Source: an uncultured Christensenellaceae bacterium
GTDB lineage: Bacteria; Bacillota; Clostridia; Christensenellales; UBA3700
NCBI GenBank assembly: GCA_944380275.1
Contig: CALWHB010000001.1
Span: 33,369-97,368, forward strand
Direction of reading: 5' to 3'
DNA length: 64,000 bases
A program made the translations under genes and the position numbers. Under the pieces are notes generated by a model. It ran no database searches, had not been told where the DNA came from, and was given only the letters and a program-made list of their open reading frames with translations. Shown here in pieces: positions 55,801 through 63,912 of this stretch (position 1 is the stretch's first letter; every line of letters begins with the position of its first letter).

Positions 55801-56832
55801 ATGACAAAAAAAGAACGGATAATCGGCGCACTCGCTACTGTTTTGCTTGCAGTATCTGCTTTTGTATGCGATTACTTTCTTTACAACGCAGGAGTGGGGA
55901 GTCTTCAGACCACGATAATTTCCTGCGCTGTTCTCGCTCTTTGTTTTATCTCGTTTTACGGCGTGTTTATGAATTGCGAAATAGCTTTCAAGGGCGGTTT
56001 TATAGGTTTTGTCATAACTGTCATATTGCTTTTGGCATATATTGCCGCGCTGAAATACGGTTGGCTCTCGCTATTCAGCGATAAACAGGCAATGCAGAGG
56101 TTTATATCAAGATACGACGGTTATGCTATCGCTGTATTCGTAATTGTTCAGTTCTTACAGGTTACTGTACTTCCTTTGCCGTCCACAATAACCACTCTTG
56201 CGGGCATCGCGCTTTTCGGGGTATGGAAAACAGTATTGTATTCTTCAATCGGAATAATTGCCGGGTCAATGTTCGCATTTTTTCTCGGAAGGGTCTTCGG
56301 GGTGAAACTCGTAATATGGATTTGCGGAGCAAAAATGTTTGAAAAATACCGCAGACTTACAGAAGGAAAAGACGTATTGCTGCTTTACGCAATGTTTCTA
56401 TTGCCGTTTTTTCCTGACGACCTGCTTTGTCTGATTGCCGGACTCGGCACGATGAGTTACCGTTCTTTTTTCGTTATGATGCTAATAACCAGACCTCTCG
56501 GCGCACTCTGGGTTGCCGGCGTATTTAAAGGCGCGGTTTCAATACCGTTCAGCGGGTGGGGAATTGCCGTATGGGCTGTAATAGCAATTGCAACGGTTTC
56601 AATATTTGTTACCCTGTATAGATACGGGGACGAGATAACTGCACGTTTAAGCGTATTATCGGGCAAAATAGCAAACAGATTGCATTTCAGCAGAAATCGC
56701 ATTAAAGAGAAAAAAACATCTTTGAAAGCACGCAAAAAGCGGCTTGCAAGCATTTATTCAACGCACACGGCACAAAGTGAAATAGACAAAAAAGCCCTTA
56801 AAAACAAAAATCTCACTGATTACAGAAACTGA
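55801..56832 (+). CDS. TVP38/TMEM64 (DedA-related, SNARE-associated) family membrane protein with a Lys-rich C-terminal extension
   Basis: It has extra N-terminal helices. The core is VIVQFLQVTVLPLPSTITTLAGIALFG...LLPFFPDDLLCLIAGL, typical of the family. Confidence 0.8.
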   Translation: MTKKERIIGALATVLLAVSAFVCDYFLYNAGVGSLQTTIISCAVLALCFISFYGVFMNCEIAFKGGFIGFVITVILLLAYIAALKYGWLSLFSDKQAMQRFISRYDGYAIAVFVIVQFLQVTVLPLPSTITTLAGIALFGVWKTVLYSSIGIIAGSMFAFFLGRVFGVKLVIWICGAKMFEKYRRLTEGKDVLLLYAMFLLPFFPDDLLCLIAGLGTMSYRSFFVMMLITRPLGALWVAGVFKGAVSIPFSGWGIAVWAVIAIATVSIFVTLYRYGDEITARLSVLSGKIANRLHFSRNRIKEKKTSLKARKKRLASIYSTHTAQSEIDKKALKNKNLTDYRN

Positions 56833-56870
56833 CGGGTGCCGGCTTTTAATCGATTGTATATTTATAATTA

Positions 56871-56901
56871 AAAACTCCGAATCTTGCGAAACGGAGTTTT
56901 T
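56871..56901. terminator. Bidirectional terminator between the convergent TVP38-like and PadR-fusion genes
   Basis: Stem AAAACTCCG/CGGAGTTTT with a 12-nt loop. The A-run and T-run are built into the arms. Confidence 0.7.
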
Positions 56902-56905
56902 ATAT

Positions 56906-58663
56906 TTAATTCACGTGATAATGACTGCTTTTGTAAAGCCAGTAATATATCGCAATGGCTATAGGGATAATCAAAAGGAAGACGAGAGGTATTATCACCG
57001 GACGCACCATTGAATTGATGTTGTCTATCCTTGCATTGCATGCGAGAAATCCTATCAGAACTATGAGAATAACCGCATTTATAATGACTATCAACGAGTT
57101 AATTACAGCATTTTTTGCATTGAAATTTGCTTTTATACGTTTTTGCGGGTCAACGCAATATGCTACGAACATCGCAATCGGATAGAGAAGTCCCAGTGCA
57201 AGAAAACCTGCCAGCGCGCCGAAGTTGTGTCCATATGTCGGCGCAGTAGAGAAATACGCGATAAGTACACCGACTGCATAAACTATATATGTAAGTATCG
57301 AACTGTCGCGGTTCAGTTTATTGCTGAAATAATACTGATTTATATAGTATTCACTCGTATTTTTCTTCACATAAGGACGCAGATTGTAACCTTCTGCCAT
57401 CATCTTTGATTTCAGTTCTGACGTGGAAAGATAATCTATCTTTTCGTCATCGCTGCTTATAGAGGAAGAATTTGACGATGGGGTGACCTGAGTCATGGGG
57501 ACGCTGTAAATGCTGTCGAAACTGTCAATATAATTTACAGTCTGTCTGTTGGCATAATCGTCATATCTGCGGTCATCTGCAATGTCAGTGTTATAAGTCT
57601 TTACGTCAGGTTTCTTTTCTTCGACGGGTTTTCTTTCGTAAAGACGTTCAAATGCCTCAGTTCTTACTTCTTCGTCGCATTTTTCCTCTTTCGCATCGTA
57701 TACGGTGTAATTGCCTTCTTTTGAAGAATCTGACAATTTTTCTTCAGAACGTTCATCGCCGTAAAACACGGGTTGCGAGGTTGCAACAGAAGGAGCATCG
57801 TAATCCTCAACTTCTTCAACGTCTTCTTCCTGTTCTTCGTCGTAAATCTGTTGCTGTATTGAATTGGTTACATCGTCGATTTTCTCGTTTTTCAAGAAGG
57901 TATCAGTTTCGTCTGAAGAGTATACGTGTTCTTTTCCTTCAGAATACTCTTCAGGACGTTCGCAACCGTAACCGTCGCGATTTCCAGCATAGTTTCTTTC
58001 ACCGTAAAATTCTTCACGATATTCTGAATAACCGTTCTCCGAAGGAACGGCAGAGCGGTTCTGAGGATAAGTTGCGCCCAGATATTCATGCGGTATTTTA
58101 TCGTATTCGTCCACGGGAGGAGCAACGACTTCGGGAGGAATAACGTAGTCCTCAGACGGATTGAACATATTGTCGTTGTCGTCAGAAACGTTGTAAGACC
58201 TGCTTGTTTCGGCATTGACATTGACTTCGCTGTCAGAATCTTCATCGACAGAAGATTTGTTTCTTCTCGTAAGCGGTCTGAAATTGGACGGGTCAAAAGG
58301 CGCAACATGTTTTTCAGGGTCAAATTCTTCGTCCGAAAGCAGGCTGTCAATTATTGTGCGGCTAAACTCCCACTGATGCTGGTCGCTTTCGAGAAAAGCA
58401 CGACCGGCAGGCTGAAGAGAATAATAAACTCTTTGCGCCCCGTTAGACGTATCGCCTTTATAAGAACGTATGTATCCTTGTTTTTCGAGTCGCTTGAGGC
58501 AACTGTAAAGGGTAGGCTGTTTGAGAGTATACATACCTTTACTTTTGTCTTTGATTTCATTGAGAATTTCATATCCGTACTTATCCTCAAGATAAAGCGA
58601 CTTGAGAATTATTGTATCGACATGTCCTCTAATCAAATCAATGTTGACATTGGAATTATCCAT
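56906..58663 (-). CDS. PadR-family winged-helix regulator fused through a ~300-aa acidic low-complexity linker to a C-terminal multi-TM domain
   Basis: N-terminus LIRGHVDTIILKSLYLEDKYGYEILNEIKDKSKGMYTLKQPTLYSCLKRLEKQGYIRSY...RVYYSLQPAGRAFLE is PadR-like. The middle is D/E/Y/S-rich. The C-terminal ~150 aa contain about 4 TM helices. Confidence 0.8.
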   Translation of the reverse strand: MDNSNVNIDLIRGHVDTIILKSLYLEDKYGYEILNEIKDKSKGMYTLKQPTLYSCLKRLEKQGYIRSYKGDTSNGAQRVYYSLQPAGRAFLESDQHQWEFSRTIIDSLLSDEEFDPEKHVAPFDPSNFRPLTRRNKSSVDEDSDSEVNVNAETSRSYNVSDDNDNMFNPSEDYVIPPEVVAPPVDEYDKIPHEYLGATYPQNRSAVPSENGYSEYREEFYGERNYAGNRDGYGCERPEEYSEGKEHVYSSDETDTFLKNEKIDDVTNSIQQQIYDEEQEEDVEEVEDYDAPSVATSQPVFYGDERSEEKLSDSSKEGNYTVYDAKEEKCDEEVRTEAFERLYERKPVEEKKPDVKTYNTDIADDRRYDDYANRQTVNYIDSFDSIYSVPMTQVTPSSNSSSISSDDEKIDYLSTSELKSKMMAEGYNLRPYVKKNTSEYYINQYYFSNKLNRDSSILTYIVYAVGVLIAYFSTAPTYGHNFGALAGFLALGLLYPIAMFVAYCVDPQKRIKANFNAKNAVINSLIVIINAVILIVLIGFLACNARIDNINSMVRPVIIPLVFLLIIPIAIAIYYWLYKSSHYHVN

Positions 58664-58694
58664 TTCGTATCTCCCTGAATTCTCCTTATAAAAT

Positions 58695-58723
58695 ATAATA
58701 CTATAATAGAGCAGTCAAGTCAA
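58695..58723 (-). promoter_or_regulatory. Candidate sigma-A promoter of the PadR-fusion gene
   Basis: On the minus strand: TTGACT (58723-58718), a 17-nt spacer, then TATTAT (58700-58695). AAGGAG and GGGAGA SD-like sequences lie downstream. Confidence 0.45.
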
Positions 58724-59950
58724 ATAAAACGCGTTTTTAATTATGAAAAATTAAAATTATTATAAAAATTGCTATAAATTAGATATTTTTTTATAATAAT
58801 TTAGCCAAAAATTTGCTTTTATAACACAAAACGGCATATAAATATATTTAATAAACAAAAGAGAATATTATCAGCTTATCAAAGCGTTCTTATATTGAAT
58901 AACATTAGATTTGTTTTCTGCAATCAAGCCACATACAAAGAATTTTAAAACAAATTTAAATGAACCGTCTTTAAATCATTATATACTATAAGAAAACACA
59001 ATAAAAGAGAATATTGTTGCGATACAAGAGAAGAATACAATGAATTTCACCTTGAAACACGAAAAAAGCAGTAAAATCGCATAAATCAGCACAGATTAAT
59101 CACTAATTTGTATTATTAAATTTTTCCTAAATAGCAAAAAAATATCAAATATTCCTAAACCAAGCGGGGTATACAAATCTGAATTGTTTTGTTGAATATC
59201 TTATTTATCTCAATCAGCCTGTCGGGCATAAGCAACAACCGCCGGTCATGCCTTCATAATAATATAAAAAATATGGATTATTTATTACTGCGGTTATGAT
59301 AATTTCAAAAATATTTATCAAAAACAGAGCATAAACCCTTTTTTAAACTATTCGCAAAACACAACTTTTGCGAAATGATAGTAGTAAAAAAGTCAATGAA
59401 AGGGGTTTATTTGACTGATTTTGCAATTTTTTGTTATTTTTCAATTTTATCGCTTTATCGCATCAATTTTCAAAATATTATCTCAGCTGAATTTTTTATA
59501 TTCAAAATCCGGTTCTAAGCCGTATATTAATTATTATCAAAATTTAGCTACTGATTTTTTGTTGCAAAAAACTTTCGGCTTGTTTTTTAAATTTATTTAA
59601 ATGAATTGCTTGCTGATTAGTTTTAGTATATTTCAGCTTATTATTTTAATTTTGTTTTACAATTCTGACTTTGCGATTAAATATTGTCCGGCGTGATGCT
59701 GACTTTTTTATGCCCTGTAATCACCTCATTTATCAGCTCTTTAAAATGGCGCGACTTGCAGTAAAAATTTTAATAACGAAGTTTTTCTTTAAATACGCTT
59801 TGAAATTGAGCAAATTGCTTTTTACTTTGTCAAAACATTTTAGCAATCTATAAACTAATTTACTCTGATAATATAGTTATAACTTTAAACGTATGTTTTA
59901 CTGTCAAGCCGTTTGATTGCGCCTATTTGTTCGCATAATCCTTAAAATTG

Positions 59951-59980
59951 TTGTCAAATTTACTATTTGAGTGCTATAAT
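59951..59980 (+). promoter_or_regulatory. Sigma-A type promoter upstream of the tyrosine recombinase gene
   Basis: TTGTCA (59951-59956), an 18-nt spacer, then TATAAT (59975-59980) with an extended -10 TGc. The leader is about 100 nt. Confidence 0.5.
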
Positions 59981-60088
59981 TTTTATAAGTAACACAATAT
60001 ACTGTTACCGGCAACGATACGACAGAATTACGTCAGTTATTTTTGCCGGGAAAAATCTGACAAATCTCAACTGAATAAAGAGGCAAAA

Positions 60089-61153
60089 ATGGCAGAAAAA
60101 ACGTATTTTGAGCAAAGAAATATAGACAACACGAGAAAATTGAGAGAAATAAGGCGCGATTTGCCTCCGCTTTGTAATGAATTTTTTGTGGGCATAGAAA
60201 CGCGCACTTCTGTACTCACCAGACTTTCTTACGCGTACGATTTGAGGATTTTTTTTAATTATCTATATACTGAAACCACTCAATTTGCCTCTTGCGACGC
60301 AAAAACTTTTGATTTCAACGCTCTTTGCAAAGTTACAACGTCGGATATCGAACTTTTTATGGAATATCTGAGTTACTATAAATTTGACGGCAAAGATTAT
60401 GTCAATACAGAAAAAACAAAAGCCCGTAAACTTGCGTCCATAAAGTCGTTTTTTAAATATTTTTACAATAAAGACAAAATACCTGCAGACCCGGCATCAA
60501 AAGTGCTTACTCCAAAAATCCACGACAAACCTATCGTACGGCTCGATTCAGACGAAGTATCTCAACTCCTCGACGAAGTGGAATCCGGGGCAAATCTGCC
60601 GTCAAGAAGACAGGAATCTTTTCACGAAAAAACAAAAGTACGAGATTTGGCGATTATTACGCTTTTTCTCGGCACAGGAATACGTATCAGTGAGCTTGTG
60701 GGACTTGACGTATCAGACATCGATTTCAATATAAACGGATTTAAAGTTACGCGTAAAGGCGGAAATCAGACAATCCTCTATTTCTCTCAGGAAGTAGCCG
60801 ACGCTCTGATTGCCTATCTTGACGAACGCTCCTCCGACCCTGCGCTCGACAACGAAACGGCTCTCTTCCTCTCTTTGCAAAAAAAACGTATGAGCGTACG
60901 CAGCGTTGAAAAACTTGTGAAAAAATACGCAAAACTTATCACTCCGCTCAAAAAAATCACTCCGCATAAGCTGCGCAGCACTTACGGCACAGAACTGTAT
61001 CAGGAAACCGGCGATATTTACGTCGTCGCAGAAGTTCTCGGACATCGCGACATAAACACGACAAAACGTCATTACGCGGCAATCAGCGACGACATAAAGC
61101 GCAGCGCGGCTCAAAAAGTTACTTTGAGAGATAAAAACAAGAAAAACGACTGA
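60089..61153 (+). CDS. Tyrosine site-specific recombinase (XerC/XerD/phage-integrase family)
   Basis: SAM-like N-terminal core-binding domain. The catalytic domain has GTGIRISELVGL (Arg), HKLRSTYGT (His-x-x-Arg) and LGHRDINTTKRHY (His...Tyr). RBS AAAGAGG lies upstream. Confidence 0.88.
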   Translation: MAEKTYFEQRNIDNTRKLREIRRDLPPLCNEFFVGIETRTSVLTRLSYAYDLRIFFNYLYTETTQFASCDAKTFDFNALCKVTTSDIELFMEYLSYYKFDGKDYVNTEKTKARKLASIKSFFKYFYNKDKIPADPASKVLTPKIHDKPIVRLDSDEVSQLLDEVESGANLPSRRQESFHEKTKVRDLAIITLFLGTGIRISELVGLDVSDIDFNINGFKVTRKGGNQTILYFSQEVADALIAYLDERSSDPALDNETALFLSLQKKRMSVRSVEKLVKKYAKLITPLKKITPHKLRSTYGTELYQETGDIYVVAEVLGHRDINTTKRHYAAISDDIKRSAAQKVTLRDKNKKND

Positions 61154-61180
61154 TAATTTTGATATTTATTGAAAATTGTG

Positions 61181-61209
61181 TTGCAAAATGTGAACATATG
61201 TGCTAAAAT
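61181..61209 (+). promoter_or_regulatory. lexA promoter
   Basis: TTGCAA (61181-61186), a 17-nt spacer, then TAAAAT (61204-61209). Confidence 0.5.
61192..61203 (+). promoter_or_regulatory. Cheo/SOS-box-like LexA operator inside the lexA promoter spacer
   Basis: GAACATATGTGC has one mismatch to the Firmicute consensus GAAC-N4-GTTC. It lies between the -35 and -10, consistent with autoregulation. Confidence 0.45.
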
Positions 61210-61236
61210 TTAATCAGAATATTTCTGAGGTGCGCC

Positions 61237-61866
61237 ATGGCTAACGCGAAAACACAGGAAAAACTTGACAAGACGCTGGCTTTTATTAAGGAATTTGTTA
61301 AGAAAAACAGTTACCCTCCCAGCGTGCGCGAGATATGCAAAGAGGTCGGTTTCAAATCAACCGCATCGGTACAATATTATCTTGACAAACTTGAAGAACA
61401 GAATCTTATTAGACGTTCTTTGTCAAAAAACAGGACTATTGAACTTGTAAACAACGACGACGATACCCCTTCTTTTGCAACTCTCCCGCTTTTGGGCAAC
61501 ATTGCAGCCGGTCAACCGCTGTTTGCCGGCGTAAATAACGATGAAAGCGTGCATGTTCCTGCAGACTACTTCAATCTTGACGACGAAATGTTCTGTCTAA
61601 CCGTCAAAGGCGAAAGTATGCGCGACGTAGGCATACTAAACGGCGACTGCGTGCTTATCAAAAGACAAAGCACCGCGCGTGAAGGCGAAATAGTCGTTGC
61701 GCTGATTGACAACAACGAGGTTACTCTGAAGAGATTTTTCAAAAAAGACGGAAAAATCGTACTGCACCCCGAAAATTCCGCTATGGAAGACATTATTGTC
61801 GACAATACTCACGATTTTGCGATACTCGGAGTTGCAAAAGGACTCATGCGAAACAGAATATTCTGA
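61237..61866 (+). CDS. lexA: SOS repressor LexA
   Basis: N-terminal wHTH (YPPSVREICKEVGFKSTASVQYYLDKLEEQNLIRR), cleavage site region NIAAGQP, the S24 catalytic Ser in VKGESMRDVGILNGD, and the Lys in TLKRF. Confidence 0.95.
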   Translation: MANAKTQEKLDKTLAFIKEFVKKNSYPPSVREICKEVGFKSTASVQYYLDKLEEQNLIRRSLSKNRTIELVNNDDDTPSFATLPLLGNIAAGQPLFAGVNNDESVHVPADYFNLDDEMFCLTVKGESMRDVGILNGDCVLIKRQSTAREGEIVVALIDNNEVTLKRFFKKDGKIVLHPENSAMEDIIVDNTHDFAILGVAKGLMRNRIF

Positions 61867-61886
61867 AATACGGCTCTCAACGAAAA

Positions 61887-61912
61887 ATCACCGCTTTTGC
61901 GGTGATTTTTTT
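61887..61912 (+). terminator. Rho-independent terminator after lexA
   Basis: Stem ATCACCGC/GCGGTGAT with loop TTTT, followed by TTTTTT. Confidence 0.85.
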
Positions 61913-62002
61913 AAATTTTGCAATCCATCAGATATAACCTTTGACCATACATTTTGAGGTTTGAATAAAATTTATCACTCATTAAGTTCTACTTTCTATA
62001 TG

Positions 62003-62037
62003 CCCGAATTTGTCATTTTAAATACGAATATACGGTT
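62003..62037 (+). repeat. Motif copy R0 (degenerate)
   Basis: CCCGAATTTGTCATTTTAAATACGAATATACGGTT. It keeps CCCG..TTTGT and the core GAATATACG. Confidence 0.55.
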
Positions 62038-62120
62038 GTTTTAACTGATTTTATATAAATTTAAGCATAATCGATATTGACGTTATTCGCAATTTTGTGC
62101 CGTAAAAATCAAATTGCATA

Positions 62121-62150
62121 TCGACATCATAAACCATAAATCGTTATAAT
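62121..62150 (+). promoter_or_regulatory. Candidate promoter reading into the repeat array
   Basis: TCGACA (62121-62126), an 18-nt spacer, then TATAAT (62145-62150). The predicted start lies about 10 nt before copy R1. Speculative. Confidence 0.3.
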
Positions 62151-62165
62151 CCTCATACGCTGCTA

Positions 62166-62196
62166 CCCGTGTATGTTTTGTGCTGAATATACGTTT
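62166..62196 (+). repeat. Motif copy R1
   Basis: CCCGTGTATGTTTTGTGCTGAATATACGTTT. It matches R2 at 24 of 31 positions in an ungapped alignment. Confidence 0.8.
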
Positions 62197-62277
62197 GCCT
62201 TTAAAACAAAAGAAACATATATAAAACTTTTTTGATAATTTAGCGATTCTGTATAAAATCTTATTTTTTGCCGCGGA

Positions 62278-62308
62278 CCCGTGTTTGTTACACATTGAAT
62301 ATACGTTC
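62278..62308 (+). repeat. Motif copy R2
   Basis: CCCGTGTTTGTTACACATTGAATATACGTTC. I use this copy as the reference. Confidence 0.8.
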
Positions 62309-62399
62309 GTATTAAAAAACGTGTTTATTTGAAAATTAATTTCCATATTTAACTTATTTTCCTTATTTTGGACCAAAAACTAATAGTTTGCGAGTCTTG

Positions 62400-62430
62400 T
62401 CCGTGTTTGTTTTGCGTTGAATATATGTTC
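62400..62430 (+). repeat. Motif copy R3
   Basis: TCCGTGTTTGTTTTGCGTTGAATATATGTTC. It matches R2 at 25 of 31 positions, ungapped. Confidence 0.8.
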
Positions 62431-62576
62431 ATGTTCAGATAATAATGTTTAGAACGCATATCTTAAACGCGGAAATCTGATATTAAACGCCTTAAAAATA
62501 AACAAATATATGTTCGTTTTGTAAATTAATAAATATTTAAACAGTTTAAAAAATCAATTATCGCAAGCATATATAT

Positions 62577-62610
62577 CTTTGTTTGTTTTTAAAACAATGA
62601 ATATACGTTC
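62577..62610 (+). repeat. Motif copy R4 (spacer 4 nt longer)
   Basis: CTTTGTTTGTTTTTAAAACAATGAATATACGTTC. It has the TGTTTGTT block and the exact core TGAATATACGTTC. Confidence 0.65.
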
Positions 62611-62612
62611 AT

Positions 62613-62652
62613 AAAAAATCCTGCAATCTTTGACGCATCTAAAGACTGCAGG
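62613..62652 (-). terminator. Rho-independent terminator of the YnbB-like gene
   Basis: On the minus strand, CCTGCAGTCTTT..loop..AAAGATTGCAGG forms a 12-bp stem with one mismatch and is followed by TTTTTT (plus-strand A-run 62613-62619). Confidence 0.75.
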
Positions 62653-62674
62653 ACAGTATAATTTTCAATCTTAT

Positions 62675-63907
62675 TTATTTTCTCAACACGCTTTGCAGAC
62701 AATACATTGCGGCGATTTTTACGTGTTCGTAAGTTAATCCGCCTTGCAGATAGGCAATATACGGTTTCTTTATCGGAGAATCTGCAGAAAGTTCTATCGA
62801 CGCGCCGGCAACGAAAGTTCCTGCAGCCATAATTACCTGATGCTCATATCCGGGCATATCCCACGGGAAAGGAGTTACGTTGCTGTCTACAGGCGACGCT
62901 TTCTGAACGGCACGACAGAACGCTATCAGTTCGTCTTCGGTATCGAACATTATTGAGCGTATTATGTCTTTACAGTCACTTCCTGGGGTTGGCATCGTCT
63001 TATATCCTACAGAATTAAATACTTCGCCGAACAAGACGCTGCCTTTAATTGCCTGGATTGTTACGTGAGGAGCAAGGAAAAGCCCCTGGTAAAACTCTCT
63101 GTATCCGTATGCGTAAGAACCGACCTCCATACCTATAGAGGGAGAAGTGAGTCTGTATGCCACTTTGTCGACGCACTCTTTTTTACCGCATATATAGCCG
63201 CCGCTGGGAGCAATGCCTCCGCCTATATTCTTTATAAGCGAGCCTACGGCAATATCCGCGCCGACCTGAGTAGGTTCTATAACATCTACAAACTCGCCAT
63301 AGCAGTTGTCGCACATTACGACGACGTCCGGTTTGATTGATTTGACGAAAGCCGCCATTTTACCTATTTCTCTTACGTCGAGAGCGTCGCGCCACTCGTA
63401 TCCTCTCGACCTTCCGACAAACACCAATTTTGTCTTATCGCTTATTGCGCGCTTTATGCCTTCATAATCAAACGCGCCGTCGACAAGGTCAACCTGTTTA
63501 TAGCTCACTTTGAAATCTTTAAGAGAGCCGGTACCCTCGCCTGAAATCACTTCTTTGAGAGTATCGTAAGGCGCGCCGCTTACGGCGAGCATTTCGTCGC
63601 CGGGACGAAGTATGCCGTAAAGCGCAAGCGTAAGCGCATGAGTTCCCGAAACTATCAGCGGAGAAACAATCGCCGATTCCGCACCGAAAACTTCTGCAAA
63701 AACTTTACAAAGAGTATCTCTGCCTATATCGTCGTAACCGTAACCGTTGGTTTGAGCGAAATGTCTTTGTCCAACGTTATTGTTGCGAAAAGCGTCAAGC
63801 ACTTTATTCTGATTGACAAGCGCGATGCGCTCAAGTTTTGAAAACTGCTCTCTGCAACGCGATTCTGCCTGTTCTACTATGTCGGTTATTTCTTTTTCAA
63901 AATTCAT
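62675..63907 (-). CDS. PLP-dependent methionine gamma-lyase / cystathionine beta-lyase family protein (YnbB, 'aluminium resistance' family)
   Basis: FRNNNVGQRHFAQTNGYGYDDIGRDTLCKVFAEVFGAESAIVSPLIVSGTHALTLALYGILRPGDE is characteristic of the YnbB family as I recall it. Length is 410 aa. Confidence 0.8.
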   Translation of the reverse strand: MNFEKEITDIVEQAESRCREQFSKLERIALVNQNKVLDAFRNNNVGQRHFAQTNGYGYDDIGRDTLCKVFAEVFGAESAIVSPLIVSGTHALTLALYGILRPGDEMLAVSGAPYDTLKEVISGEGTGSLKDFKVSYKQVDLVDGAFDYEGIKRAISDKTKLVFVGRSRGYEWRDALDVREIGKMAAFVKSIKPDVVVMCDNCYGEFVDVIEPTQVGADIAVGSLIKNIGGGIAPSGGYICGKKECVDKVAYRLTSPSIGMEVGSYAYGYREFYQGLFLAPHVTIQAIKGSVLFGEVFNSVGYKTMPTPGSDCKDIIRSIMFDTEDELIAFCRAVQKASPVDSNVTPFPWDMPGYEHQVIMAAGTFVAGASIELSADSPIKKPYIAYLQGGLTYEHVKIAAMYCLQSVLRK

Positions 63908-63912
63908 TTATT

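Noticed and set aside
59671-59853. A 60-aa ORF, plus several 8-40-aa ATG ORFs (for example 59396-59518), inside the AT-rich desert.
   Set aside because: None has a Shine-Dalgarno. Their composition mirrors AT-rich DNA (Phe/Lys/Ile/Leu) and they have no recognisable motifs. They cannot be supported from sequence alone.
62278-62308. The repeat as a possible dif/Xer core site for the adjacent recombinase.
   Set aside because: Alignment to the E. coli dif (GGTGCGCATAATGTATATTATGTTAAAT) and B. subtilis dif (ACTTCCTAGAATATATATTATGTAAACT), both recalled from memory, gives only short chance matches (TGTAA). There is no 11-6-11 arm structure. It is kept only as a low-probability alternative in the findings.
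62083-62376. A 97-aa minus-strand ORF spanning repeat copies R1 and R2.
   Set aside because: It has a TTG start and an AT-driven Lys/Asn/Phe-rich composition. The two repeat copies inside it are read in different frames (NTNVYSMCNKHG versus GKRIFSTKHTRV), so the repeat conservation is at the DNA level, not the protein level.
62003-62610. The repeat array as a possible degenerate CRISPR array.
   Set aside because: The repeats are only about 80% identical and the spacings are irregular (about 86-180 nt) rather than about 30-40 nt. There are no cas genes in the window, and the motif also occurs singly at 45244.
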